Virus record (IMG/VR): IMGVR_UViG_3300021960_000062
Location: 2,939-66,938 of that record
DNA: 64,000 nt
Reading direction: 5' to 3' (one strand)
Source: a virus
Made by a program: the position numbers and the translations under genes. The notes beneath the pieces are model-generated. The model was given only the letters and a program-made list of their open reading frames with translations, did no database searches and was not told where the DNA came from. Positions 44,710-56,000 of the stretch are shown here, one piece after another; the stretch's first letter is position 1, and the number at the start of each line of letters is the position of its first letter.

Positions 44710-47700
44710 ATGTCTACATTAGGACGAATTTCAGGACCAATGTTAAAGGCGAACCTCGAACGCCATGGGGTCGATTTAGCATTTGAAAATGATTTATTAT
44801 ATCTAGATGTTGTTAACGGCAAGGTCGGCGTTTCTACATCTATTGCTCCTAGAGAAATTACCATAGATGGAACAACAGTTACAACTAATCTTATTGTTGA
44901 TACTGGTTTCTTACAAATCACTGATACACTTATTAATGGTAACACTGGTGATATTTCTAGTGTTGGTAATGCTACAATCACAGTTAATGCGCACTCCGGA
45001 AAAGTAAATTTTTCAGAATTAAACGTAAGCAGTTTAAATTTTAACAACAGTACAATACAATCAACTGAAACAAATGCTAACATTGAATTACGTGCTAGTG
45101 GAACTGGTCGTGTTGAATTCGGCACAGATGATAGTTCTTTTACAGATGTACTAGTTCACGGCAATTCACATACAATCGGCGATGTAACTTTTGACGGAAA
45201 TATTTCTTTTGGTGATAGCAGTGCTGAAGATCAAGTACAAATATACGGAAAAATACATTCCGATCTTATGCCATCAGTTACTGATTTATATAATATTGGT
45301 AACCCTACAAAGAAATGGAAAGAAATACACAGCAGAACAATTAATGGTGAATTTCTTGTAACAACTGATTTTGGTGTTCCTGGAATTACAACAATTAGCG
45401 CAAGGCCAGGCAATACATGGTATGTAAGTGCTGTAGAAGGAGATGACACAAATGTTGGTGATCATCAAATGGGTCCTTTTAGAACAATTAAACATGCTCT
45501 AAGTCAAGCATCTAATGGTGATCAAGTTTATATCTATGCTGGCGATTATGAAGAATACTTTCCTTTAACAGTACCTAAAGGAGTTTCTGTAAATGGTGAA
45601 GGTATTAGAAGTGTAAAAATTTATCCACACACAAGTAATAATGATAAAGATGCTTTTTTATTAAATGGCGAAACTACTGTTGAAAATTTGACGGTATCAG
45701 ATTTCTACTATAATTCAACTAACGATACAGGATATGCTTTTAGATTTGTTAATAATTTTCAAGTAGACTCACGCAGTCCTTACATTAGAAATGTTTCAGT
45801 TATTACTAAATCTGATAGTAGTTTAGAAAGTGCTGGCCGAGGTGCTTTGGTAGATGGAAGTGTAGCAACTCAATACAGCAAAGAAGCAAGTATGCTTTTC
45901 CACAGTTGTACTTTTATTATACCTGGAAATATTGCTTTGTATATGAAGAACGGAGTACGTGTTGAATGGCTAAACTCATTTACGTATTTTGCCAGCCGCG
46001 GATTGTATGCGCAAAATGGAGCGTTTGGTAGATTAACACCTGATGGAAGCACAATCAAATACGGAGCAGAATTACGCTCTATAGGATCAGCAAACATATA
46101 CGGAACTGTTGGCGCTGAAGCCGACGGTAATCAATGTATAATGTATCTAATCCAACATAACTTTGCTTATGTAGGAGCAGGTACTGATGTTGAAAATGAT
46201 CCTACACTTGTTACTCAGAACACAGAAACAATCGAAGTAAACAGCGGTAAAATTTATTATCAAAGTATTGATCAAAACGGAGACTTTAGAGTTGGAGAAG
46301 CGTTTGTTGTTGATCAGAGCTCTGGATTTATCACTGCTAACGGACTAGGTGGAAACATAGGCGGTGTAACAAATGTTAGTTTCAGTGATGGTATAAACAA
46401 CACAGAAATAGATGGTTCACAAGTAAGCACAGGAAATATTCAACTTACTCAAAACAATATTAATACTATTGGCGGAGATTTAAACATTACTCCTTCAAGT
46501 GGTGACACAACGTTAGACAGTGATGTAACAATACAAAATGGTTTAACAGTGGACGGCGACATGATTGTAAACGGTGCTGTATCGTTTGGTGATAGTAGTC
46601 AACAAGGTGGTGGCTCACAAATTAGTTTTGATGCTCCGATTAGTATTGACTTAGAACCTACTTTTGATGTTACATATAATTTAGGTAACGATGTTGAAAG
46701 TTGGAAAACTGTTTTTACAAAAAGATATTTGGGTGAAGATATACAGGTATTTCAAAATAGAATAACTACCACAAGATCTAGCAGTAACTTAGATTTAGAA
46801 GCCGCAGGAACAGGTATCATTCAATTTGTCAGTCCTGTTGAAATAGCAAACAATCTTTCAACTGGCGACGCTGATTTACAAAATGTTAATATAACCGGCA
46901 ATCTTACACAAACCGGAAACACAACGCAAACAGGAAATAAAACTGTAAGTGGAAATTATACACTTAGTGGTTTTTTAAACCTAAATGATGATCTTGTACC
47001 ATTTGATGATATTAAGATTGCTGGTAACAAAATTACAACAACAGAAAGCAACAGCAATCTACAACTAGATGCTAGTGGAACTGGTAATATTCTATTTAAA
47101 ACTAATGTTGATATTAATCAATCTCTAACAGTTAATGGAACACTAACAACTAACGGAATTATAAACAATCAGTACGTAAAATCTTATGAATTTTTTACAG
47201 ACGGATTACACATCTTTCAAAATAATATTGTAGGTACTAGTAATGACAGTATTGAATTGCGTTCAACTGGAACTGGAGTAACCTATGTAAGATTACAAGA
47301 CGATGTTGAAGTAACACAAGATTTAGAAGTTTTTGGAATCACAGATTTATCAAACACAACTGTAAATGGTACACTTGATATTACAGGAGCAACCACGCTT
47401 TTAGGCGATGCCGATATACAAGGTACACTCATTGTAAACGGTGGCAATTTAACAACCAGTGGATTACATTTAGGCAACATTAAAATTGATACAAATGTAA
47501 TAACCACAACAGAATCAAACAGCGATTTAGAACTACGTGCTAGTGGTACTGGTCGTGTTATTACAAATGAACGTGTACTAGTTGAAAATACTATTGATGT
47601 TCGAGGCGCACTAAACTTTCAAAGTTTAACAGCAGTCAACAGTGTTACAGGAAGCGAATTTTATACAGATCAAATATTAATCAAAGATAACTTTATTACT

Positions 47701-49914
47701 ACAACAAACAGTAATAGCGATTTAGAATTACGTGCTAATGGAACAGGTAGAATTGTTGTAAGTGAAACAGATGTTCAAGTTGACACAAATCTAACAGTTA
47801 GTTTAGCAACAGATTTAAGTGACACAAGTATCACAGGAATATTAACACACGCTGGAACAAGAACTGAAACTGGAACATACACAAATAATGGGAATTTAGT
47901 AGTTTCAAATGACGTAACTATTGACGGTTACCTACAAGGCGACAATGTTCGATTTGAAACAAACTATGTTAGTTCAACTGAATCTAATAGTGATTTAGAT
48001 TTAAGAGCAAACGGTACAGGTAAAGTTTTAGTAAACGATACAGATGTTGATGTAACAAATAATGTAGTAGTTGTGGGAGATATTTTTACAACTAATGCTA
48101 ATATTACAAACACATTAACATTTGATAGACTAGAACAAAACGAAATTGTATTAGATAATAATTTTATCACAACTACAACGTCAAACACAGATCTAGAACT
48201 ACGTGCTAGTGGTACAGGCAGTGTTGTTGTAGATGGAGACTTGTCTATAACCAATGAAGTTATTACACAAAATGTAATAGTTCCGACTACTGGTATTTTA
48301 AACTCGTTAACTGTAAATGGTACCATACAGCATAGCGGAAACACAACAAGATTAGGTACAACAACATTTACCACTCCTTTAACAGTTAATAACAATGTAC
48401 AATTTGAAAATATTAAAATTGACGACAATGTTATTACTACAACTGAATCAAACAGTGATTTAGAACTTAGAGCTGCAGGCACCGGAGAAGTGTTGATTGA
48501 TAGAGATGTAACTGTTGGAAAGAATCTTACTGTTCTAGGCAATACAACACTAGCAGGCGATTTTACTGTATCATCTATTGTGTTTAACAGTATCAGCAAT
48601 GGCAATATACTTGTTGATGATAACTTTATTACAACTACGCTTTCGAACAGTAATTTAGATCTAAGAGCCAATGGTTCCGGAATAATTTACATTGACAGCA
48701 ATGACATTTTAGCAAATCAAGATCTTTCAATATTAGGAATATCTAGTTTTAAAGATACAAATATTGTAGGTACTATAAGTCATACAGGCAATGCTACACA
48801 TACCGGACAATATACAAATAACGGGGCTTTTAGAACAACACAAAATTTAGTAACTAGTGGCAATCCTAGTTTTTCTAATATTAGATTTACAAATAATGTT
48901 ATAGAAACATCTGAATCAAATAGTGATCTTGAGCTAAGAGCTGATGGTAACGGTAAAGTTGTTTTTGACAACAACACCGAATTTCTTTTTAATGCTGATA
49001 TTACCGGTGACCTTACAGCGACAGATGTAACAATTTTTAACACAGCAGAAGCATCCATCTTTCAAACAACAGACGATATTCAAATAAGTGCTAATATCAT
49101 AACTACGACAGTTAGTGACAGTAATTTAGAATTCCGTTCTTCAAATTTAATAGAAGTTGATAAAATAATGTTTGATGAAAATGTTATTAAGTCAAAACAA
49201 ACTAATCAAGACATTAGACTTGCTACTTCTCAAAATGTAGTAGCAACAACTAACAATTTTATTCTTCCTATAGGAACTACAGCACAAGCAACAAGTAGTA
49301 TCGATGGACTAATTAGATTTGATACTGATTTAAACAAATTTACAGGACATGTATCTGGTATAAAGCCGTTTGGGGGTGTATATTCAGAAGACAGACGTAC
49401 TAGTGTTACAGTATCAGATAGTAGATTTTTCAAAGATAATCAAACAATTAATTTTCAAAATAACAACATACAAACAGGACACATTGATTCAAGAGGAATC
49501 AACGTAATTGGGCTTACTGTTGATAATTTAAAATTTGACGGACATACAATTTCAAGTATTAACAATAACGACATTAATCTAATACCAAACGGCACTGGCG
49601 ATGTTATACTAGACGACACTATTGTTAGAGACAACGATTTTGAGAATCAAAACGCAACAGATCCTATGACACTTAGAACCACCCAGGATGGATATGTTAA
49701 GTTTGGCGGAACTGTTGGAGTTGTAATGCCTGCGGGTAACGACTCTCAAAGATCTGTTACACCTAAAGTTGGTGAAATTAGATACAATACTAACTCAGGA
49801 AGTCCTGAAGTTTACAATGGTACTGGTTGGGCTACATGGGCTGGATCTAGTGTTACAGCATCACAAGCAGAAATTGATGAAATATCAAACATTTTTGCTA
49901 TCCTACTTGGATAA
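44710..49914 (+). CDS. Long fibre/spike protein A with DUF1565/pectin-lyase-like domain and SNSDLELRA.GTG repeats
   Basis: YVSAVEGDD...PFRTIKHAL motif and more than 10 repeats of ITTTESNSDLELRASGTG. Confidence 0.8.
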   Translation: MSTLGRISGPMLKANLERHGVDLAFENDLLYLDVVNGKVGVSTSIAPREITIDGTTVTTNLIVDTGFLQITDTLINGNTGDISSVGNATITVNAHSGKVNFSELNVSSLNFNNSTIQSTETNANIELRASGTGRVEFGTDDSSFTDVLVHGNSHTIGDVTFDGNISFGDSSAEDQVQIYGKIHSDLMPSVTDLYNIGNPTKKWKEIHSRTINGEFLVTTDFGVPGITTISARPGNTWYVSAVEGDDTNVGDHQMGPFRTIKHALSQASNGDQVYIYAGDYEEYFPLTVPKGVSVNGEGIRSVKIYPHTSNNDKDAFLLNGETTVENLTVSDFYYNSTNDTGYAFRFVNNFQVDSRSPYIRNVSVITKSDSSLESAGRGALVDGSVATQYSKEASMLFHSCTFIIPGNIALYMKNGVRVEWLNSFTYFASRGLYAQNGAFGRLTPDGSTIKYGAELRSIGSANIYGTVGAEADGNQCIMYLIQHNFAYVGAGTDVENDPTLVTQNTETIEVNSGKIYYQSIDQNGDFRVGEAFVVDQSSGFITANGLGGNIGGVTNVSFSDGINNTEIDGSQVSTGNIQLTQNNINTIGGDLNITPSSGDTTLDSDVTIQNGLTVDGDMIVNGAVSFGDSSQQGGGSQISFDAPISIDLEPTFDVTYNLGNDVESWKTVFTKRYLGEDIQVFQNRITTTRSSSNLDLEAAGTGIIQFVSPVEIANNLSTGDADLQNVNITGNLTQTGNTTQTGNKTVSGNYTLSGFLNLNDDLVPFDDIKIAGNKITTTESNSNLQLDASGTGNILFKTNVDINQSLTVNGTLTTNGIINNQYVKSYEFFTDGLHIFQNNIVGTSNDSIELRSTGTGVTYVRLQDDVEVTQDLEVFGITDLSNTTVNGTLDITGATTLLGDADIQGTLIVNGGNLTTSGLHLGNIKIDTNVITTTESNSDLELRASGTGRVITNERVLVENTIDVRGALNFQSLTAVNSVTGSEFYTDQILIKDNFITTTNSNSDLELRANGTGRIVVSETDVQVDTNLTVSLATDLSDTSITGILTHAGTRTETGTYTNNGNLVVSNDVTIDGYLQGDNVRFETNYVSSTESNSDLDLRANGTGKVLVNDTDVDVTNNVVVVGDIFTTNANITNTLTFDRLEQNEIVLDNNFITTTTSNTDLELRASGTGSVVVDGDLSITNEVITQNVIVPTTGILNSLTVNGTIQHSGNTTRLGTTTFTTPLTVNNNVQFENIKIDDNVITTTESNSDLELRAAGTGEVLIDRDVTVGKNLTVLGNTTLAGDFTVSSIVFNSISNGNILVDDNFITTTLSNSNLDLRANGSGIIYIDSNDILANQDLSILGISSFKDTNIVGTISHTGNATHTGQYTNNGAFRTTQNLVTSGNPSFSNIRFTNNVIETSESNSDLELRADGNGKVVFDNNTEFLFNADITGDLTATDVTIFNTAEASIFQTTDDIQISANIITTTVSDSNLEFRSSNLIEVDKIMFDENVIKSKQTNQDIRLATSQNVVATTNNFILPIGTTAQATSSIDGLIRFDTDLNKFTGHVSGIKPFGGVYSEDRRTSVTVSDSRFFKDNQTINFQNNNIQTGHIDSRGINVIGLTVDNLKFDGHTISSINNNDINLIPNGTGDVILDDTIVRDNDFENQNATDPMTLRTTQDGYVKFGGTVGVVMPAGNDSQRSVTPKVGEIRYNTNSGSPEVYNGTGWATWAGSSVTASQAEIDEISNIFAILLG
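47500..48960 (+). repeat. Coding tandem repeats alternating 65-66 aa and 89-91 aa
   Basis: D/N-L-E/D-LRA anchors at 47524, 47719, 47992, 48190, 48457, 48652 and 48925. Confidence 0.85.
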
Positions 49915-49928
49915 ATTCCAAAAATAAC

Positions 49929-49998
49929 TAAATACTATTACAAACTGTGGTAAACCCGCAATGTAAGGTGGTTATCCGTGAAACTCGGACGTTAGGAG
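49929..49998 (+). promoter_or_regulatory. Late promoter TAAATA plus structured 5' leader
   Basis: TTACA/TGTAA encloses TGTGG-taaac-CCGCA, followed by TCCG-tgaaact-CGGA, SD AGGAG and a TTG start. Confidence 0.55.
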
Positions 49999-50005
49999 AG
50001 CGAAG

Positions 50006-53000
50006 TTGAGCCAATTAGGTCGTATTTCAGGTCCGCTCTTGAAGGCAAATCTATTGCGTAATGGCATAGATCTGGCTTTTGAGAATGACCTTCTATATTT
50101 AGATGTAACCAATGGTAGAGTTGGAATAAAAACCAGCACACCGAGTCACGAACTACAAGTCAACGGCACAACACGTACTACTAACTTAGAGGTTACTAAT
50201 TCAGTAAGCCTTTCAAACTTTTCAATTTCAAACAACACAATTTCAAACGATGCTGGTGATATTACATTTACATCACCTGTAATCATTAATAATGATCTAA
50301 TATTTGATAGTATGCGTATTTTCGATAATGTTATCGAAACTACTGCTTCAAATGCTGATTTAGAATTCCGCACAAGCGGTACTGGTAAAGTTGATATTCA
50401 ATCAGATTTATTAGTTGGTGGTAACTTACATGTAAACGGAAATATCACAGCAGATGGTACTATTGGTTTAGGTGATAGTACTAGCGATATTATTAATTTT
50501 AACGCTACAATAGGTAGCGATTTAATTCCATCAGAAAACGATAGATGGACAATAGGTAAAGATCCTAGTGATTCAACTAACACACGTTGGAACGATCTTT
50601 GGGCTGTAAATTTATATGCTGATGCTGTATTTTCAGCAAACATTATTATTGATGGTATTAATTTAGCAACACGCCCAGGAAATACTTATTATGTTAGTGT
50701 AAACGGATCAGACTTAAACAATACAGGAACACACCAAAACGATCCTGTAGAAAGTGTTAAATTTGCTCTAAGTCAAGCAACAGCAGGCGATACTGTTTGG
50801 ATTTATCCTGGTACATACACAGAAGTATTTCCATTAACAGTTCCAACAGGTGTAACTGTAAAAGGAACTGGAATAAGATCAGTAACTATTCAGCCAACAT
50901 CCGCAACTAGAAATAATAATGCCTTTGAATTAAACGGAGAAACTACTGTTGAAGATTTAACTGTAGCGAACTTTGAGTATGATTCTATTAATGACAAAGG
51001 TTATGGTTTTGTTTTTGCTAACGGCATCACAGTAACAAGTCGTTCTCCATATATTAGAAACACAACAGTCACAACAAAAGGTAGCACAGTAAGATTAGGA
51101 ACTAATCCGCCAGAAGATCCTTTGGGCTTTAACGCAGGCGATGCCGGCCGAGGCGCTAAAGTTGATGGAAGTTTAGCAAATTCTTCTAGTAATGAAGCAA
51201 GTATGCTATTTCATTCAGCAACATTTATTACACCTGGTGTTGACACAATCACTGCTATTAACGGAACAAGAGTTGAGTGGTTAAACTCATTTACCTACTA
51301 CGCAAATAAAGGCATGAATCTACTAAGTGGCACAAGTGGATTTGCTGGTGATGGTAAAACTAGAATTAAAATTTCAAACACAACAGGAACTTTTGCGTTA
51401 AATGACACATTAACTTACTATGATGTTGATGGCACAACGGTACTAGCACAAGGTACTATTGAAAGTATTAATGGTAATTTTTATAACATTGACGGAAAAG
51501 TATCAGGATTTGAAACCCTCGAAAATAGAGCAGGAAAATCAGGTACAGCATTTGCTGATGCTCAACTAGATACAGCCCAAGCAAAATTTGGAACATCAAG
51601 TTTATTATTAGATGGCACAGGCGATTATGTTGGTTATTCAACACAGCCTGACTTTGGTTTTGGTACTGCTGATTTTACAGTTGAAGGTTGGATTAGGCTA
51701 GGAGCTCTTTCAATTGATCAAACAGTGTTTGATTTTAGAAATGGGGCAGACGCTGATACAGCACCAGTATTAAGAATTAACACATCTAATCAACTAGAAT
51801 TTGCTCCAGCAGATACAGCACAAATTACTGGAACTGCTTTAACTAGCAGTACATGGTACCATGTTGCTGTTTCAAGATCCTCTGGATCGACTAAGTTATT
51901 TGTTAATGGAACACAACAAGGTTCTACTTATGCTGACGTAACTGATTACGGATCTACTAAACCATTAACAATAGGATCTAAGCACACAGGAACTAACTTC
52001 CTAAACGGACATTTTGACGACATTCGTGTAAGCAATATTGCTAGATATACTTCAAACTTTGCGGCACCGGGTGCGGCATTTACAAGTGATACAAATACTG
52101 TACTGCTTTTACACTTTAATGGATTAGATGGTACAACAGTTATAGTTGATGACGGTGTTACTACCCAAGATATTAGAACAACCAGCGGTGGTACAGCAAG
52201 TAAAATTGATTTTGCTAACTATTCAGACTTTGGTGTTGAAGTTAGAGCAATCGGATCAGCAAACGTTTATGGTAATTATGGCGTTTATGGTGACGGCGAC
52301 GGAGTTATTGCTTACTTAATAGGACACAATCTTGCTTATATTGGTACAGGTAAGTCTAGTGAAAACGATGATACACAAATAATACAAGCAAATGAAATTA
52401 CAGAATTAAACAGAGCGAAAATTCTTTACTCAACTGTTGACCAAAGCGGTGACTTTAGAGTTGGCGATCAGTTTTATGTTAATCAAAGAACTGGTGAAGT
52501 AAGTTTTTCAAACAGTGAACTTGATGTTACAGGTAGTTTAACATTTACATCGGGCGGTAATACAACATTTATTGATGCTACTAGAATTGATACTGGTAAC
52601 TTAAGACTAAGTGGAAACACAGTTTCAAGCACAACAGGCGACATCAATGTTAATCCTTATACAAATCAACTAAACCTAAATAGTGATGTTACAGTTACTG
52701 GTAGTTTGAATATTACACAGGACGCAAACATTGGCGGTAACTTGGTACTTGTTGGCGATATTATTCTAAGTGCTAAGGTTGATTCGGATATTATTCCAAG
52801 TCTCGATGATACTTACAATTTAGGCAGTCCAACTAATCAGTGGAATACAGTTTATGCTTCGAGATTAATTACTGAAAACATTGAAATAGACAATAACAAA
52901 ATTAGAACACTTGATTCTAACAGTAATTTAGATTTAGAAGCTTCAGGTAACGGTGTTATTAATATTGGACTTAATGATGTTGTTGCTAATCAAGATGTTA

Positions 53001-56000
53001 CAGTACAAGGCAACACAACTTTAACAAACACAACAATAAACGGCACACTAACACAGACTGGCGACCAAACAATTACAGGCGATGTTGTACAAACTGGTGG
53101 ATTAACTGTAGACGGGGAGTTTACAGCAGGCGATTTAAAACTAGATGCTATTGAAATTATTGGCAACGTTATACGTTCGACAGAAAGTAATGCTAATTTA
53201 GAACTTGATGCCGCAGGAACAGGCATTGTTGATATTGCTAATAATAATGTTGTAATCGAAAATAATCTAACTGTTAGCGGTACTACTGACACATATAAAT
53301 TAAACAATACTACAAGCATTACTTCTGATAGTTTTCAAACAGACGAATTAAACATTCAAGGTAATGTAATTGAAAATAATGTTTCTAACAGTGAAATTAT
53401 ACTAAGAACTAGTGGTACTGGTAATATTATACTTGATGCTGTAAGAACTCAAGTTACTCAAAACCTATCAGTGTCAGGAGATACAACACTTTCTAATACA
53501 GGTATATCAGGAACTGTTAACATAATCGGAAATACAACACTAGTCGGAGATGTTACTCAAACAGGATCATTAAATGTATCAGAAAACGTAAGTGTTGATG
53601 GATTCTTACAACTAGATAACATTAGAATTGATACAAACTATATTAGCACAACTGAATCAAATAGTGATTTAGAATTACGTGCTAGTGGAACCGGCCAAGT
53701 TGTTTTTCCAACTAGTAATGTTTTAATTAATAACAACTTAGATGTTAATGGAAGTATTGTTACAAGTAATTTAAGTGTTACTGGTAGCATTATTGCTCCT
53801 GCCTTCGACAGTGGAGATATACTGATTGAAAATAATGTTGTAACTACAACATTGTCAAACAGCGATCTAGAATTAAGAGCTTCAGGAACAGGCCAAATAC
53901 TTGTACCAAGCAACGATGTACAAATTGATAACAATTTAAATGTAGATGGAATAACCAGTTTAAATGATACAACAATCAACGGCGCATTAACACATGTTGG
54001 TAACACTACACAAACAGGAAACTTTAATTTAACTGGTGCGTTTAATCAAACCGGAGACTTTACTACAAGTGGTTATATTGATCTACCAGATTTATTAATT
54101 GAAACAAACTATATCACAACAAAAACCAGTAATAGTAATTTAGAATTACGTGCTAATGGCACTGGAAAAGTTATTGTACCAAACAATGATGTAGAGTTTG
54201 GTCAAAATCTAACAGTAGTTGGAGACATAACAGCAAGTGATATAAACATTACTGGAGTATTAAGTGCTCCTGTTATTAGTAATGGTAATATAGAACTTGA
54301 TAATAACGTAATCAGAACAACTGACTCTAATAGTGATTTAGAATTAAGAGCAAACGGCATTGGTGAAGTATTAATTCCTGACAATAATTTAAATGTAACC
54401 AACGATGTTATAATAGATAACAAACTAACAACTAATATTTTAAACACAAACTATGTTGGACTAAATGGTAATCTAAATCATATAGGAAATTATGTTCAAA
54501 CTAACGGCGACACTACACTTAATGGTCAATTAATTGTAAATGATAAAGCACAGTTTGAAGAAATACAAATCAATACCAACTTTATTACCACAACAACTAC
54601 TAATGCCGATCTAGAGTTACGTGCCGCAGGTACAGGCCAAGTAATTATTCCTGGAAATGATGTTACAATTACGCAAAATTTAACTATCGGTGGGAACATT
54701 ACTGCTACAGGAATAACAGTTGAAGATGATCTACAAGCAGATATCATCAACAACGGTGATATCGAGATAGCAGGAAACTTGATTACTACAACTTTAAGTA
54801 ACAGTAACCTCGAACTAAGAGCAAACGGCGCTGGTGTAATTGAAATACCATCTAACGATGTTGTAATTGACAATGATATTCAAGTTAATGGTATTACAAA
54901 TTTAAGTGATACAACGATCACAGGTGTATTATCACATACTGGTAATACAACACAGAATGGAACTACCACAGTTAATGGCGACTTTATAGTAAATGGTGAT
55001 GCTAATATTGATGGATTTGCTCAGTTCTCTAATATTAGAGTTGAAACAAATTATATTTCAACTACAGTAACTAATCAAGACTTGAATTTCTTTGCTATTG
55101 GTACTGGAAAGGTTTTAATACCTTCAAACGATTTACAAGTAACACAAAATTTAGATGTACAAGGACTTACGTCATTAGCAAACTTAACTGCTTCCGGAAC
55201 AGTAACTTCGAGTATATTCGAAACTGCTAATCTAACAATAAGTGGCAACTTGATTGAAAATACATCAGGTGATATTATATTAAGTGCGAGCGGTGCTGGC
55301 TCAGTACAACTAGAACAAATAGCAATAGATGAAAATGTTATTTCCACAGTAGATTCGAATGATGATTTGGTATTACAACCAAACGGAACAGGAAATGTAG
55401 TCATTGATTCTACTACTAGTTTAGTATTACCGAGCGGAACAACGCTCCAACAACCAGTTGGTCAGCAAGGAATGATAAGATTCAATACTGATTTTAATGG
55501 TTACGAAGGATATGATGGGTCAAATTGGCGTAGATTAGACGGTGTTTATGATTTAGATCAGAATACATACATTACTGCTGAACTAAATCCTGGAACAAAC
55601 GACAATATTATACGTTTTTACGTTAACGGAGCACTGGCCGCAACACTAGATCAACAACAACTAACTGCTAATCTGTTAAATGTTGATGATATCGAAGTAG
55701 ATGGCAACACAATTAGTACAATTACTACAAATCAAAATATTGTATTTGCTCCAAACGGAACTGGAAGCACCAAAATAGGAAATTTTGCTTTCAAAGATAA
55801 TACGATAACTAATACTGTAACTGATAGTGTTACAACGTTTAATCAAACAGGTGCTAACGGTTACTTCAAAATCGACGGAACAAACGGATTTGTTATTCCA
55901 GTAGGACAAGATTTCCAGCGTGGAGCTTTAGCTGAACTAGGAATGATCAGATTTAATACAACAGATAACCGTGTTGAAATTTATAATGGCACACAATGGA

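Noticed and set aside
44565-55909. Numerous minus-strand ORFs of 65-235 aa, and similar antisense ORFs elsewhere
   Set aside because: They are shadows of long plus-strand genes with biased codon usage, and show no SD or recognisable motifs.
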